Assembly (NCBI GenBank): GCA_963719225.1
Contig: CAVRAY010000002.1
Location: 807,797-871,796, forward strand
DNA length: 64,000 nt
Reading direction: 5' to 3'
DNA from: Thermoanaerobaculia bacterium
GTDB taxonomy: Bacteria > Acidobacteriota > Thermoanaerobaculia > UBA5066
Below are positions 32,836-45,944 of the stretch, piece after piece. The translations under genes were made by a program, and so were the position numbers. The first letter of the stretch is position 1, and each line of letters begins with the position of its first letter. The notes beneath the pieces were generated by a model, which was not told the DNA's origin, searched no databases, and saw only the letters and a program-made list of their open reading frames with translations.

Positions 32836-33936
32836 TTAGTGAGAGACTGTGTCGTTCCAGTCACGAAGCTTGCTCTTGCGCCGCTCCAGTCTCCAGTCGG
32901 TGGGGCTATGTCCCGACCATCGGCGAAATGCACGCGTGAACGCGCTGGCCTCCGAGTAGTCCAAGGCGGCTGCGATCTGGCTCAATGGCATGTCGGTGTC
33001 GGCGATCAATTGACTGGCAATTTCGAACCGGACCTGGGTGAGAATTTCGTCGAACGAGGTGCCTTCCGTTTTCAAACGGCGACTGAGGGTGCGCCGATGT
33101 ATCCCAAAGAGATCGGAAACTCGCTCGACCGATAACCGACCCTGCGTCAATTGCGTCCGGAGCACGCCCCGTACCTGCTCGCTAAACTCCAGTCCGCGCT
33201 CTATTGCTTTTTCCTTGAGCTGCGCCTCGATGAAGCGATGCAGTTCTTCGTTGGCACCCGGCAACTTTCGACCCAGCCAGTCGGTTGGAAACATCAATGC
33301 CGCCTGTTCACTGTCGAAACGAACCGGAACGTGGAAAAAGCGCTGGTACGGCGATGTATCCGAAGGCTTGCGGCGAGGCAGCGTGACCTCCGTCGGAAGC
33401 CACTCTGCCCCGCACAATGATTTCATGATGTTGAAGGCTACGGCCATCGCGCCATCGGCGATTTGATCCGCCGTTTCGACGCCCGGCCCGTAGATCGAAT
33501 AGCTGAGGCATGCGGTCGCCGCCTGATCCACATCCAGGCTGGGAGCGGCTCCGCGATCGTGCACGTGAAGGTAGGAGACAAGCTCCTGCAACGCCGAGCC
33601 GACATCGGGAGCATGCTGGATCAGCAGCCCCAGCGGTCCCAGCGAGGCCAGTCCGCCAAGCTGGCCCACACTCAACCCGAAGTGGAGACAGCCCGTTCGC
33701 CGCATGCAAACCGCCACAAGGCGATCGAGAGCGGCGTAAGGAATGATGTTATCGCCGTCTTCCAACAGCCTTAACTCAAACCAGCTTGCGCCACGATCGG
33801 CTGAGGATCGAGCCCGAATGTCGTCAGGATATGGGGAATGTGGCACGCCACCCCCACGCGAATGGCGCCTGCGGTTGGAAGTCGCCGCGCGACAACGGTC
33901 GGGGTGGCGGTCCGGGTACGAGTTCCACTCGCGCAC
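32836..33936 (-). CDS. AraC-family regulator (N-terminal frameshift)
   Basis: HFGLSVG, RTLSRRL..EG, IAAALDYSEASAFTRAFRRWSG. Confidence 0.88.
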   Translation of the reverse strand: MREWNSYPDRHPDRCRAATSNRRRHSRGGGVPHSPYPDDIRARSSADRGASWFELRLLEDGDNIIPYAALDRLVAVCMRRTGCLHFGLSVGQLGGLASLGPLGLLIQHAPDVGSALQELVSYLHVHDRGAAPSLDVDQAATACLSYSIYGPGVETADQIADGAMAVAFNIMKSLCGAEWLPTEVTLPRRKPSDTSPYQRFFHVPVRFDSEQAALMFPTDWLGRKLPGANEELHRFIEAQLKEKAIERGLEFSEQVRGVLRTQLTQGRLSVERVSDLFGIHRRTLSRRLKTEGTSFDEILTQVRFEIASQLIADTDMPLSQIAAALDYSEASAFTRAFRRWSGHSPTDWRLERRKSKLRDWNDTVSH

Positions 33937-34500
33937 TCTTCATGACACCCACTTGGCCCAACGCCGTCACGCCATCGCAGAAAGCCCTTCCTCCGCGGGG
34001 CGCCCCTGAATTTGATCGAGGCCACGTCCCGAAAGAACAAGACTGTGTCGTAAATTATCAAGCGGCCCCGGGACGCGCAACAGAGTCTACTTGACGATGC
34101 GCGACCTTCGGCGAGCGGCGTCGGAGAGATCGAGTTCCCGATGAGATCGCTACGCGGCTCATGAATAAAGGCGACACATGACAAAAAGACCTCAAACGTC
34201 CACGCGATGCAGCTTCATTGCAGCCGGCGCGGCAGTTGCATCCTCGCTTGCCGCAACCAGGTCAACGCTGGCGCAGCGCAAGGGTGCGGACGTGTCGGTC
34301 TTCCATTGCCATCATCGGCCGGCCGCCGACACCGCTCTCGCTCGCGGGAGCGCGCCAGCGCGCCTGGGGCAGGTCGTCATCTATCGATAAAACTGCCATC
34401 GCACAGGTTCATGCGGGCTAGCGATTTGCGACATGCCGATGGGTCACGAATTTGGCCCACCCAAATTCGTTCAGGGAGACGACCATGACGAAGTAGTAAA

Positions 34501-37029
34501 ATGCAAAACGGCCGAGGCGCACCACGCAGGCTGCTCGCCGCCCTCCTGCTGGTACCGCTTACGGCGGTCGGCGCGCACGGCCAGCAAGCCACCGGCACGC
34601 CGGGCTCGCCCAGCGCGACGACGACCATCAACGGCAAGCAGCTTCCGCCGCCCGACCCGAAGTTCGGCGGCGTGATCAAGGACGACGCCCTGCAATCGAA
34701 GCCCTGGTGGGCGCCGCGCGTCGTGCCGCCGAAGGGCGCGCCCAACGTCCTGCTGATCATCACCGACGACGCCGGCTTCGGCGTGCCGAGCACCTTCGGC
34801 GGCGTGATCCCGACGCCGACGATGGACCGCATCGCCAACGAGGGCCTGCGCTACAACCGCATGTTCTCGACCGCGCTGTGCTCGCCGACGCGCGCCGCGC
34901 TGATCACCGGGCGCAACCACCACTCGGCCGGCTTCGGCGTGATCTCCGAGCAGTCGACCGGCTTCCCCGGCTACAACAGCATCATCGGCAAGGACAAGGC
35001 GACGATCGGCCGCATCCTGCTCGACAACGGCTACGCCACGTCGTGGTTCGGCAAGGACCACAACACGCCGGCCTTCGCGGCGAGCCAGGTCGGGCCGTTC
35101 GACCAGTGGCCGACCGGCATGGGCTTCGAGTATTTCTACGGCTTCGTCGGCGGCGACGCCAACCAGTGGCAGCCGAACCTGTTCCGCAACACGACGCAGA
35201 TCTATCCGTTCGAGGGCAAGCCGGGACCTGGAACCTCGTCACCGGCGATGGCCGACGACGCCATCGACTACATGACGCGCATCCACCAGACCGACCCGAG
35301 CAAGCCGATCTTCATCAAGTACGCGCCCGGCGCCACGCACGCGCCGCACCACCCGACCAAGGAGTGGGTGGACAAGATCCACGCGATGCACCTCTTCGAC
35401 GACGGCTACGAACAAGCTGCGCGAGCGCATCTTCGAGAACCAGAAGCGGCTCGGCGTGATCCCCAAGGACTTCGAAGCTGACGCCCTGGCCCAAGGACAT
35501 CCTGAAGCCGTGGGACCAGCTCGAGCGCCGAGGAGAAGAAGCTCTTCATCCGCCAGGTCGAGGTCTTCGCCGCCTACGCGGCCTACAACGACCACGAGAT
35601 CGGCCGCGTGATCCAGGCCTTCGAGGACCTGGGCAAGCTCGACAACACGCTGATCATCTACATCAACGGCGACAACGGCACCAGCGCCGAGGGCGGGCCG
35701 CTGGGCACGCCCAACGAGGTCGCGTTCTTCAACGGCCTCAACGAGATGCCCGGTCGACGTGCAGATGAAGTTCTACGACGTCTGGGGCACCGAGCAGACC
35801 TACAACCACATGTCGGCCGGCTGGTCGTGGGCGTTCGACACGCCGTTCGACTGGTTCAAGCAGAACGCGTCGCAGGCTCGGCGGCATCAACCAGAACATG
35901 GTCGTGTCGTGGCCGGCGCGCATCAAGGACAAGGGCGGCCTGCGCGAGCAGTTCGTCCACGTCATCGACGTCGTGCCGACGATCCTCGAGGCCGCCGGCA
36001 TCCGCGCGCCGCGAGATGGTCGACGGCATCAAGCAGAAGCCGATCGAGGGCACGAGCTTCGCCTACACCTTCGACGCGAAGAACGCCAAGGCGCCGTCGC
36101 GGCACAAGACGCAGTACTTCGAGATGATGGGCCAGTGGGCGCTGTACGACGACGGCTGGCTGCTGAGCACCAAGGTCAACCGCGCGCCGTGGGAGGCCTT
36201 CGGTCGCGGCCAACCCCGATCCGCTGAACAACCAGGTGTTCCAGCTCTACGACCTGAACAAGGACTTCAGCCAGGCCGACGACATCGCCGCGAAGAACCC
36301 GCAGAAGGTCGAGGAGATGCGAAAGAAGTTCGTCGCGGAAGCGAAGAAGTACCAGGTCTTCCCGCTGGATGCCTCGGTGGCGGCCCGCATCGTCGCGCCG
36401 CGCCCGAACATCACCGCCGGGCGCACGCGAGTTCGTCTACACGCGGCCGATGGTCGGCCTGCCGCAGGGCGATTCGCCGCTGCTGCTGAACACCTCCTAC
36501 ACGATCACCGCCGACATCGAAGTGCCGCAGGGCGGCGCCGAGGGCATGATCCTGACCTCGGGCGGGCGCTTCGCGCGGCTACGGCTTCTATCTGCTCAAG
36601 GGCAAGCCGGTGTTCCTGTGGAACCTGGTCGACCTCGAACGCCTCAAGTGGGAAGGCCCGGACGCGCTGCCGCCGGGCCGGCACACGGTCGAGTTCGACT
36701 TCAAGTACGACGGCCTCGGCGCCGGCACGCTGGCGTTCAACAACTTCAGCGGCGTCGGCCGGCCCGGCACCGGCACGCTGAAGGTCGACGGCAAGGTCGT
36801 CGCCACCAAGACGATGGCGAAGACCCTGCCGATGATCCTGCAGTGGGACGAGAGCTTCGACATCGGCTCCGACACGCTGACCGGCGTGAACGATGCCGAC
36901 TACAAGCCGCCGTTCCCGCTGACCGCCAAGCTGAACAAGCTGACGATCAAGGTCGACCGCCCGCAGCTGTCGCCCGAGGACATCAAGAAGCTCCAGGCGG
37001 CGATGCGGGAGAAGGCGAAAGCGGACTGA
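34501..37029 (+). CDS. Arylsulfatase (multiply frameshifted)
   Basis: [49 protein letters not shown]. Confidence 0.92.
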
Positions 37030-37153
37030 CTTCCGCGTCGACCGCGCGGGCCGAACGCGACAACAAGGCGAAGGAATTAGCGGACGTGCCGCCGTGCCGG
37101 CGTCACGTGCGCAAGATCGCTCCACGAACCTCAACTCAATTGGAGAATTGGCC

Positions 37154-38583
37154 GTGAGAACCACTCGTCGTCAGGCACTGATCGGCGGCATCGGTCTGCT
37201 CGCCGGCACATCGCTGAGCACCAAGAGCCGGGCGGAACTGGGCGACATCCTTGGAATGGCGAGTGGATGGAGGATTTCTGGCTCGCCACCGACGCCTACA
37301 TCTACGGCTATCCGCTGGTGACCATGGAGATGACGCGGCGTGTCATCACCAACGTTGCCGCCCCGGCGGGGACCCGGGCGCCGATGGGCCAGATCATCAA
37401 GCTGCGTCAGTATCCGAACGCCTCCTTCCGGGATGTGACCGCGCCCAATGCCGACACGCTCTACACGACCGCATTTTTCGATGTCGGGCAGGAACCGTGG
37501 GTGCTGAGCATCCCGGACATGAAGGACCGCTACTACCTGATGCCGATGCTGGACGGCTGGACCACCGTGTTCCAGGCGCCCGGGAAGCGAACGACCGGTA
37601 CCGGAGCGCAGACCTACGCCATCACCGGGCCCGGCTGGACCGGCAGCCTGCCGGCCGGCGTCAAGCAGTACAAGTCGCCCACCAACATCGTCTGGCTGCT
37701 CGGCCGCATCTATTGCACCGGCACGCCGGAGGATTACGCCGCGGTGCACGCGCTGCAGGACCAGTGCAAATTGGTGCCGCTCAGCGCCTACGGCAAACCC
37801 TATACGCCGCCTCCCGGAAAGGTCGATGCCTCCATCGACATGAAGACGGCCGTGCGCGAACAGGTGAACCGGATGGACGCGGTCGCGTACTTCACGTTGC
37901 TGGCGCAACTGATGAAGGCCAATCCGCCGTCGGCGGCGGATGCCCCCGCACTCGCGAAATTCGCCAAGATCGGTCTTGTGGCCGGCAAGGACTTCGACGC
38001 GAGCAAGCTCCGCGCCGATTTTGCCAAGCGCGTCCCGGAGATCGCCTTCGACCGGATCATGATCCAGTTCAAGATCAACAAGGACGTCAGGGACATCAAC
38101 GGCTGGGGCTTTACGACCAAGACCGGCATCTACGGCACGGACTACCTGATGCGGGCGCTCGTCACGGCGATCGGACTTGGCGCCAACCGCCCTCAGGATG
38201 CGGTCTATCCGACCTCGCAAAAGGATGGCGACGACAAGGCCTACGACGGGGCCGAACAAATACGTCATGCATTTCCCCAAGGGCCAGTTGCCGCCGGTCG
38301 AAGGCTTCTGGTCGCTCACGATGTATGACAGCCAATACTTCTTCGTAGCCAACCCGCTCAATCGATACTCGATCAGCGCGCGACAGAATCTGAAAGCGAA
38401 TTCGGACGGATCGGTCGACCTCTCATCCAGAAGGACTCGCCGGGTACCGACAAGGAATCAAATTGGCTGCCCGCTCCCGCCGGCAAGTTCATCCTGATGC
38501 TGCGCATGTATTGGCCAAACGAAAGCGACCCCTCCATCATTGATGGAACCTGGACCATCCCGCCGGTGAAAAAGGTGAGCTGA
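37154..38583 (+). CDS. DUF1254/DUF1214 protein with Tat-like leader (frameshifted)
   Basis: TTRRQALIG; AYIYGYPLV, PNADTLY, GLGAN, FWSLTMY, NWLPAP. Confidence 0.88.
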
Positions 38584-38638
38584 GCATGGTCCATGCCGGC
38601 GCTGGCCCGGCCCGCGAATCGCGCTGACCGTTTTGGCG

Positions 38639-39385
38639 TCACTTCGCGTCGTGGAAGATGATGCCGAGCGTGTGGCGCCGGCCGGAGCGCAGGCGGCTGA
38701 CGCCGTGGCGCATGGTGACGCGGTAGATGCCGCGCGTGCCCTGCACCGGCCGATGGTGCACCGGGAAGATCACCGCCTCGCCCTGGCCGAGCGGCACGAC
38801 CTCGGCGCGCGACTGCATGCGCGGGCGCTGCTCGGTCAGCACGAACTCGCCGCCGGCGAAGTCAGCGCCCGGCCGTGAAGCAGGACGGTGACCTGCAGCG
38901 GAAACACGTGCTCGCCGTAGAGGTCCTGGTGCAGGCAGTTGTAGTCGCCCGCGCCGTATTGCAGCAGCAGCGGCGTCGGCTGCGTCTGTCCCGCCGTCGT
39001 GGCAGCGCTTGAGGTAGGCGGCGTGACTCGCCGGGATAGCGGACGGCGATGCCCATCGCCTCGTTCCAGCGATTGGCGATCGCGGCGAGCGGCGGATAGA
39101 GCGCCGTGCGCAGGGCCGCGACCGTCTCCGGCAGCGGATAGGCGAAATACTTGTATTCGCCGCGGCCGAAGCCGTGGCGCGCCATGACCACGCGGCTGCG
39201 AAACGGCTCGTCCAAAACGTAGGTGTCCGCAAGCGACGCGCATTCCGCCGGCGACAGCAGGGGGCCGGTCGTCGCGCAGCCGTGCGCATCGAGCGACGCC
39301 GCAATGGCCGCCCAATCGAGCGCGGCCACACGCTCGCCGATGCCGGCTGCCGGCGCAGACGGGCCGCGATGCGGCTTGGCGGCAT
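38639..39385 (-). CDS. 2OG-Fe(II) oxygenase (DUF2086-type), frameshifted
   Basis: [53 protein letters not shown]. Confidence 0.88.
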   Translation of the reverse strand: MPPSRIAARLRRQPASASVWPRSIGRPLRRRSMRTAARRPAPCCRRRNARRLRTPTFWTSRFAAAWSWRATASAAANTSISPIRCRRRSRPCARRSIRRSPRSPIAGTRRWASPSAIPASHAAYLKRCHDGGTDAADAAAAAIRRGRLQLPAPGPLRRARVSAAGHRPASRPGADFAGGEFVLTEQRPRMQSRAEVVPLGQGEAVIFPVHHRPVQGTRGIYRVTMRHGVSRLRSGRRHTLGIIFHDAK

Positions 39386-39685
39386 TGGTTCCCGTCGTCA
39401 GACGCGATGCTGCGTGCACCTCTTCCGGATGCCCGCCTACGCACTCCCGGGGTATCACGCAGAACCCATGGTCCCGCAGGTGATCGGCCAGTATCGTCAA
39501 GTAGGCGTCCAAAGTGTCGATCCCCTGTTCACGCACCACCGCAATCGCTCCGCCTCGGAATGTGGGGGAACCTTGCGTTGCGCGCAAACGAGCGTCGCCG
39601 CTCGGTTCTATATCGAAGATAGATGGGCAGCCTGGGGCGCCGCCACCCGAAACCTGCCGACGGAAATGCGGGAGGCGCTACCGGT

Positions 39686-40551
39686 TCAACGGGCGGTGCC
39701 GGCAACGACCCGCAACGGCGGGACCGCCCGCGAGCCGCCGGCATTGGGCGCGTAGAGCCCGCGATGCTCGGCGACCGGCTTGAAGCTGTCGGTCAGGCCG
39801 ATCACCGTCTCGGCCGCGCCCAGCACGAGATAGCCGTCGCGGTCGGTGATGCGCGCAATGCGGTCGAGCACGCCGGACTTGGTCTCCTGATCGAAATAGA
39901 TCAGCACGTTGCGGCAGAACACCACGTCGAACATGCCGAGGTGGGAGAAATCGGTAAGCAGGTTGAGCGGGCGGAATTTGACCATGCCGCGAATGTCGGG
40001 CGCGATCTGCCAGGTGTCGCCGATCTGGGCGAAATACTTGATCAGCAAGCTGGATCGGCAGCCCGCGCTGCACCTCGAACTGGCTGTAGATTCCGGCCTT
40101 CGCCTTCTCCAGCACGTCGTTGGAGATGTCGGTGGCGACGATATCGATGCGCCAGCCGGCGACCGCTCGCGCCATCTCCTTGAGCGCCATCGCGAGCGAA
40201 TAGGGCTCCTGCCCGGTCGAGGCCGCCGCGCACCAGATGCGGATGCGCCGCTGCGCTGCGCGCGCCTCGAGCAATGCCGGCACGATGGTGTTGCGGAAAT
40301 GCTCGAATGGAATCTTGTCGCGGAAGAAGAAGGATTCGTTCGTCGTCATCGCCTCGACCACTTCGCAAATCAGCGGCTCGGCGCCGGCGCCCTTGAGCCT
40401 CAAGCACCAGATCGCCCAATGCGCCGAAGCCCGCCCGGCGCGCGACCGGCAGCAGCCGGCTCTCGACCAGATACTGCTTGTCGGCGGACAGCACGAGGCC
40501 GGAGCGTTCGCGCAGCAGCCTGCGCAGAAAGTCGTAGTCGTGCGGGGTCAC
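39686..40551 (-). CDS. cheR: Chemotaxis methyltransferase CheR (frameshifted)
   Basis: [39 protein letters not shown]. Confidence 0.93.
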
Positions 40552-41723
40552 GGCCGGCCTCCGGAAAACAGGCGCACGATCCTGGGCGCGATCTGATCGA
40601 GCGGCAGCATTGCCGATGCAAGCCCGGCATGGGCGACCGAGCCCGGCATGCCCCACACCACGCTCGATGCCTCGTCCTGGACGATCACGCAGCCGCCCGC
40701 CGTCACGATCTCGGCCGCGCCGCGCGTTCCATCGGAGCCCATGCCGGTGAGGACCAACGCGAGGCTCGACCCGCCCCACACCGCAGCGGCAGAGGAAAAC
40801 AGCGGATCGACCGCCGGCTTGCAGAAATTGACGGGCGGCCCATCGTCGAGCGCAATCGCCGGCCCGCCGGCTCGGCGAACCACCCGCATGTGCCGGCCGC
40901 CGGGAGCGACATAGATGCGGCCCGGCAGAACCGGCTCGCCGTGTTCCGCCTCGCGCGACCGGCCGTCCGCTCGCGCGGGCCAGGTGCTCGGCGAGGATCG
41001 CGGTGAAGGTCGGTGGCATGTGCTGCGTGATGAGCACCGGCGCGCTGCTCGATCACCGCGCCGATGCCGCCGACGACGCTGTTAAGGCCTGCGGGCCGCC
41101 GGTCGACGCACCGATCAGCAGCACGCGCGGGATCACCGGCGGGAACGGGCGCAGCTGGATCTTGGCGGGCTCGGCGGCTGCCGGCGCGGCGTCCGCCGCC
41201 GGGGACGATTGCGGCACCGTCGCGCACGGGGCCGGGGTCCGCGCGCCGCCGCAGAACCGTTGCCGGAGCGGCCGCAGGCACGCTCGGCGACAGCGGCGCA
41301 CCCGGCGTGTCCGCCGATTGCGGAAGGCGAGCGCGCGCATCTTGTCGATCAACTCGCGGCGGAACGCCGACGAGGTGGTGAATTCGCGGTTGGTTTCCGG
41401 CTTCGGGATGTAGTCGGCGGCGCCGAGCGACAGCGCGCGCAGGCTGACCTCGGCATTGCGGCGCGTCAGCGTCGAGGCCATCAGCACGACAAGGTCGCGT
41501 TGCTTCTCCAGCAGCGCGGCAGCGCCGTGATCCCGTCGATATCGGGCATGTCGACGTCGAGAATGACGACGTCCGGATTCGCTGCGCTCCACCTGCTCGA
41601 TCGCTTCGCGGCCGCTGCGCAACGAAGCGACGATTTTCATGTCCGTTTCGGCCTCGATCCAGCGCGCAATCATCGCGCGGACGACGACGGCATCGTCGAC
41701 CACCATCACGCGGATCGGCTCAT
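40548..41723 (-). CDS. cheB: Chemotaxis methylesterase CheB (frameshifted)
   Basis: Receiver domain + [34 protein letters not shown]. Confidence 0.93.
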
Positions 41724-41827
41724 GCCCAGGCGCTGCATCGGAAATCGAGGGTGGCGACGGCGACCGTCATCGCAAGATGCACTACTCGTCTGGACGTTAG
41801 GGACAATCCATGGAGGCGGCCGGCCGA

Positions 41828-42194
41828 TCAGATCAGCCCGACCTCCTGGAACTTCGCCTCGACGATTTCCTGGTCGAACGGCTTCATGATGTACTCGTTC
41901 GCGCCCGGCATGCAGCGCGCGTGCAATATGAGCGACATCGTTTTCGGTCGTGCAGAACACCACTTTCGGCCGATCGCCGTCCGGCAGCCGGCGCAGCAGC
42001 GCAGGAACTCGTAGCCGTCCATCTTCGGCATGTTCCAATCGAGCAGGACGGCGTCCGGCATCTTGTCTGCGGCAGACTTCAAGCGCCTCCTCTCCGTCCT
42101 CGGCCTCGGCGATCTGGAAATCAAGACCTTCAAGAATTCGCCGCGCCACTTTGCGGATGACGCTCGAGTCATCAACGATCAGACAAGTCTTCAT
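41828..42194 (-). CDS. cheY: CheY response regulator (frameshifted)
   Basis: MKTCLIVDDS..LLDWNMP..FCTTEND..YIMKPF. Confidence 0.9.
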
Positions 42195-42263
42195 CGCATC
42201 CTCGCTTGCTCTGCGGGTTGATCCCGCTCCACGTGCATTCACCCATCGTCCCGCATCTCATGT

Positions 42264-42725
42264 TCAAGCCGCCTCCGCGCTTGCGCCGATGTCGAGCACG
42301 CGGTCGACATCGAGAACGACCAGAAGCCGTGCCTTCGAGCCGATGCACACCGGCCGACACGCTCGCAAGGCGAGGGTCGAGATTGACCGGATTGGCCTCG
42401 CAGCTTGCCGCCGGCAGCGTCAGGCACTTCGCCGATCTCGATCGATCAGCAGGCCATAGGATTCGCCGTTGTATTCGATGCCGACCGCCAGCCGCGCTTT
42501 GACACCGGCCGGCCGCCGCGAGATCGAGGCGGCGCCGCATGTCGATCATGGTCACGATGCGGCCGCGCAGATTGATGAGCCCGGCGATCTCCGTCGCCGC
42601 CAGCGGCATGCGGCGTCAGCCGCTCCGGCGACGAACACATCCTGCACGCGCGCAATCGGCAGCCCGAACAGTTGGCCGCCGATGCTGGCGGTGACGTATT
42701 CGACGACATGTCCGTTCACGGTCAT
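42264..42725 (-). CDS. cheW: CheW coupling protein (frameshifted)
   Basis: IAGLINLRGRIVTMIDMRRRL, NPVNLD. Confidence 0.88.
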
Positions 42726-42738
42726 TCATCTCACGTCC

Positions 42739-45421
42739 TCACGCCGCGCGACCGAGCTCGTCGGTCTGCTCCTTGAGCGCGGCGATCAGGCCGCTGGCGA
42801 TCGAACTTGGCGACATAATCGTGCAGGCCGACCTCCTTGCCGCGCTCGATCGCCTCCGCGGAGACGAGCGAGGAAAGTCCGATGACCGGCAGGTCCGCGG
42901 AATGCGCGCATCGGTGCGCAGCGCCGCCGCAAGCTCGAAACCGTCCATGTCGGGCATGTCGACGTCGGTGATGACGACGTCGAAACCCCGACCGCCCCGC
43001 AGCAGCGCGAGCGCCTCGCGTGCCGACCCGACGGCGGTGACGGCATATCCGGCAGCCTTCAGCACCGGCGCGAGCATGTCGCGGAAGAACGGCGCATCGT
43101 CGATCAGCAGAACGCTGGGCGCGACCGGTCGCCGTCTTGGCGTTCCTTCCAACCGTGCCAATCCTCGAACGCGAGCGGCAGGTAATGTGCGACGTCGATG
43201 ATTTCGGTCGCCTGGCCTTTGATGACGGCCGTGCCGATCAGCCCGGGGCGGTCGCTCGCCAGTTCGATACTCGAGCCGGTCCTCGACGATGTCGACGATC
43301 TCGTCGACGATGAGGCCATCGAGCGGTTCTGATCCGAAAACACCAGCAGCGGCTGATTGCCGCTGGCCTTGATGCGGACCTCAGCATTGACCGGAACGAG
43401 CGGCATGAGCTGGCCGCGATACTGGACCAGCGGAGGCCGCTCGACATTTCGATGTTGCTCGCGTCGATCATCCTCCAGGCGCGTGACCAGCGACAGCGGC
43501 ACCGCCTTGGGATGCGGCGAACCGGCGCGGAACACCAGCATCGACTCGAGTCGCCTGCGCGCCCGCGCCGTCGGCCACCCGCTCCTCGACTACGGATCTG
43601 CCGCGTCGCCTCCGCCATACCCACCGTCTGCACCAAGCCCGCCGGGATCGATGATCAGGATGACCGAGCCATCGCCGAGAATGGTGTTGCCGGAGAACAT
43701 GCGGAATGTGGCGGAGCTTGCTCGACATCGGCTTCACCACGATCTCCTCGGTGTGAAAGACGCCGTCGACCACGATGCCGAAGGTCTGGCTGCCGACCTG
43801 GGTGACAACGATGAATCCGCTCTCGACTTCGGCCACGTCGCGCTCATCGAGCTTCAGCAATGTCGCGAGACGCACGAGCGGCAGCAGCTTGTTGCGCAGC
43901 CGCAGCACCGCGGCATCCTTGATGCGCTCGATGCGATGCTCCGAATTGCTGCGCGCCCGCACGAGCTCGACCACCGCAAGCTGCGGAATGGCGAAACGTT
44001 CGCCTGCGGCCTCCACGATCAGCGCCGAGACGATGGCGAGCGTGAGCGGAATCTTGATGAGGAAGCGTCGTGCCGCGCCCGCTCACCGATTTCACGTCGA
44101 TGATGCCGCCGATCTGGTCGATGTTGGCGCGCACCACGTCCATGCCGACGCCGCGGCCGGAGACGCTGGTGACCTTGTCGGCGGTCGAGAAACCCGGGAC
44201 GAAGATGAATTTCCGGATTTGCGCCTCCGACATCTTCTCGATCTCGGCTTCCGGCGCGAGCCCGCTGGCAATGGCCTTGGCCTTGATCCGCTCGATATCG
44301 AGACCGCGTCCATCGTCGGCGATCTCGACGATGATGTGGCCGCCCTCGTGCCAGGCGGACAGGCGGATCGTGCCGCGCTCGGGCTTGCCGGCGGCGACGC
44401 GCTCGGCCGGCGTCTCCAACCCATGATCTGCGGAGTTGCGCACCATGTGGGTGAGCGGGTCCTTGATCAGGTCGAGCACCTGGCGGTCGAGCTCGGTGTC
44501 GGCCCCGTGCATTTCGAACTCGATCGGCTTGCCGAGCTCGACGGAAAGGTCCCGCACGATGCGCGGCAACTTCTGCCACGCATTGCCGATCGGCTGCATG
44601 CGCGTCTTCAGTACGCCTTCCTGCAGCTCGGCGGTCACGTTGGAGAGCCGCTGCAGCGGCGCCTTGAACTCGGACTCCTCCTGGCGGCGCCCGATCTCGA
44701 TGAGCTGGTTGCGCGTGAGCACCAGTTCCGAAACCATGGTCATCAGGTGTTCGAGCGTATCGACGTGCACCCGGATCGATTGGCTGGCGATCTTGCCGTC
44801 CGCCCGATCGTCGTCGCGCCCGGTGATCTCCAGCCGCTCGGCTGCTTCCGCCGATGCCGCGGCGCCGGCGGCAACGACTGCGGACTTGGGCGCTGCCGTG
44901 ACCGTGTCGATTGCGTCCGGGTCGGGGCCGGGACTTGCGCGGAAGACGCCCTCAAGTTGGTCGGGCAGATCCTCGTCCGGCCACAGCGACCGTTGTGGCA
45001 CGCGCGCACCGGCCGATTGGCCTCTTGCCTGCGCTGCCCAGGCACCGGTCTCGGCGGTCATGCTGGCGAAACGGTCGATCAGGTCCTGATCGATTCCCGG
45101 CGCCTCGACCTGATTGCGCTCGAGTTCGTCGAGCAATCGCTTGATCCGGTCGATCGTGGCGAGGATCAGCGTGACCGCCGCGCCGGTGACCGGCATGCCG
45201 TCGCGGAAATGTCCGATCAGCGCTTCGGCGGCGTGGGTGAGCGCTTCGAGCCGCGGCAGCCCGAGAAAGCCGCAGGTTCCTTTGATGGTGTGGACGAGAC
45301 GAAAGATGTTGCCAAGAATATGGGCGTTGTTCGGTTCCTGCTCGAAGCGAACGAGCTCGACATTGACCACGTCGAGGCTCTCGCCCGTTTCCGTGAGGAA
45401 TTCCCGCAACAGGTCGTCCAT
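42739..45421 (-). CDS. cheA: Hybrid CheA with CheW-like and C-terminal receiver domains (frameshifted)
   Basis: MDDLLREFL..HTIKG, HMVRNSADHG, DDGRG, SGRGVGMDVV, ITDVDMP. Confidence 0.93.
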
Positions 45422-45561
45422 GGATTTCGGACTTTCGACGCGACAACAAGCCGCCGGCTCGGCGCCTTTCGGCGGCCAACGCGGCGGCAATTGGAAGTAG
45501 CGGCCAGTGTGTTGGTAAACGGTTTAATTTTGGTTGCGGCCGGTGCACACTGCCGCAGACG

Positions 45562-45576
45562 TTAATGCGGCGTTAG
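45562..45576. promoter_or_regulatory. Candidate CtrA box upstream of cheA
   Basis: TTAA-tgcggcg-TTAG. Confidence 0.45.
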
Positions 45577-45682
45577 GAAGTTGATTGAGCCGGACGTCAG
45601 TTCATGCGCCAGGGCGTGCCTGTTCCCGCCATATCCTTCTAGGTCGTGTACCCATAAATCGTGAAGCTCGGCCGGCACGTTT

Positions 45683-45770
45683 GGATGTCCGCTTGTCCCC
45701 CAACAACGGCGCGAAAACGGACATCCCAGGAGGTCGCAGAAGGGCCAAAACCGGACATCGCGACCGCCTC
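45683..45770 (+). repeat. gtccgctt-type structured repeat upstream of an orphan gene
   Basis: Inverted repeat ggatgtccgctt...aaacggacatcc followed by gggccaaaaccggacat. Confidence 0.55.
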
Positions 45771-45944
45771 TTCACAGCAACGAGAAGCGTCGGCGGCCCT
45801 CGAGCATCATGCCTGCGTGGAGGTTAGAACGGCGCCGTGTAAGACCGACGACAGCCGGGCGAACGATTGAACGTTCTGTATTGCCGGTCACCGATAGGCC
45901 ACTACACTGGCAGATCAACGATCAACCGGAACTTACGAGGAAAA

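Noticed and set aside
45638-45660. Possible IS5-type terminal remnant (taggtcgtgtacccataaat)
   Set aside because: A single short motif with no partner IR or transposase; cannot be supported.
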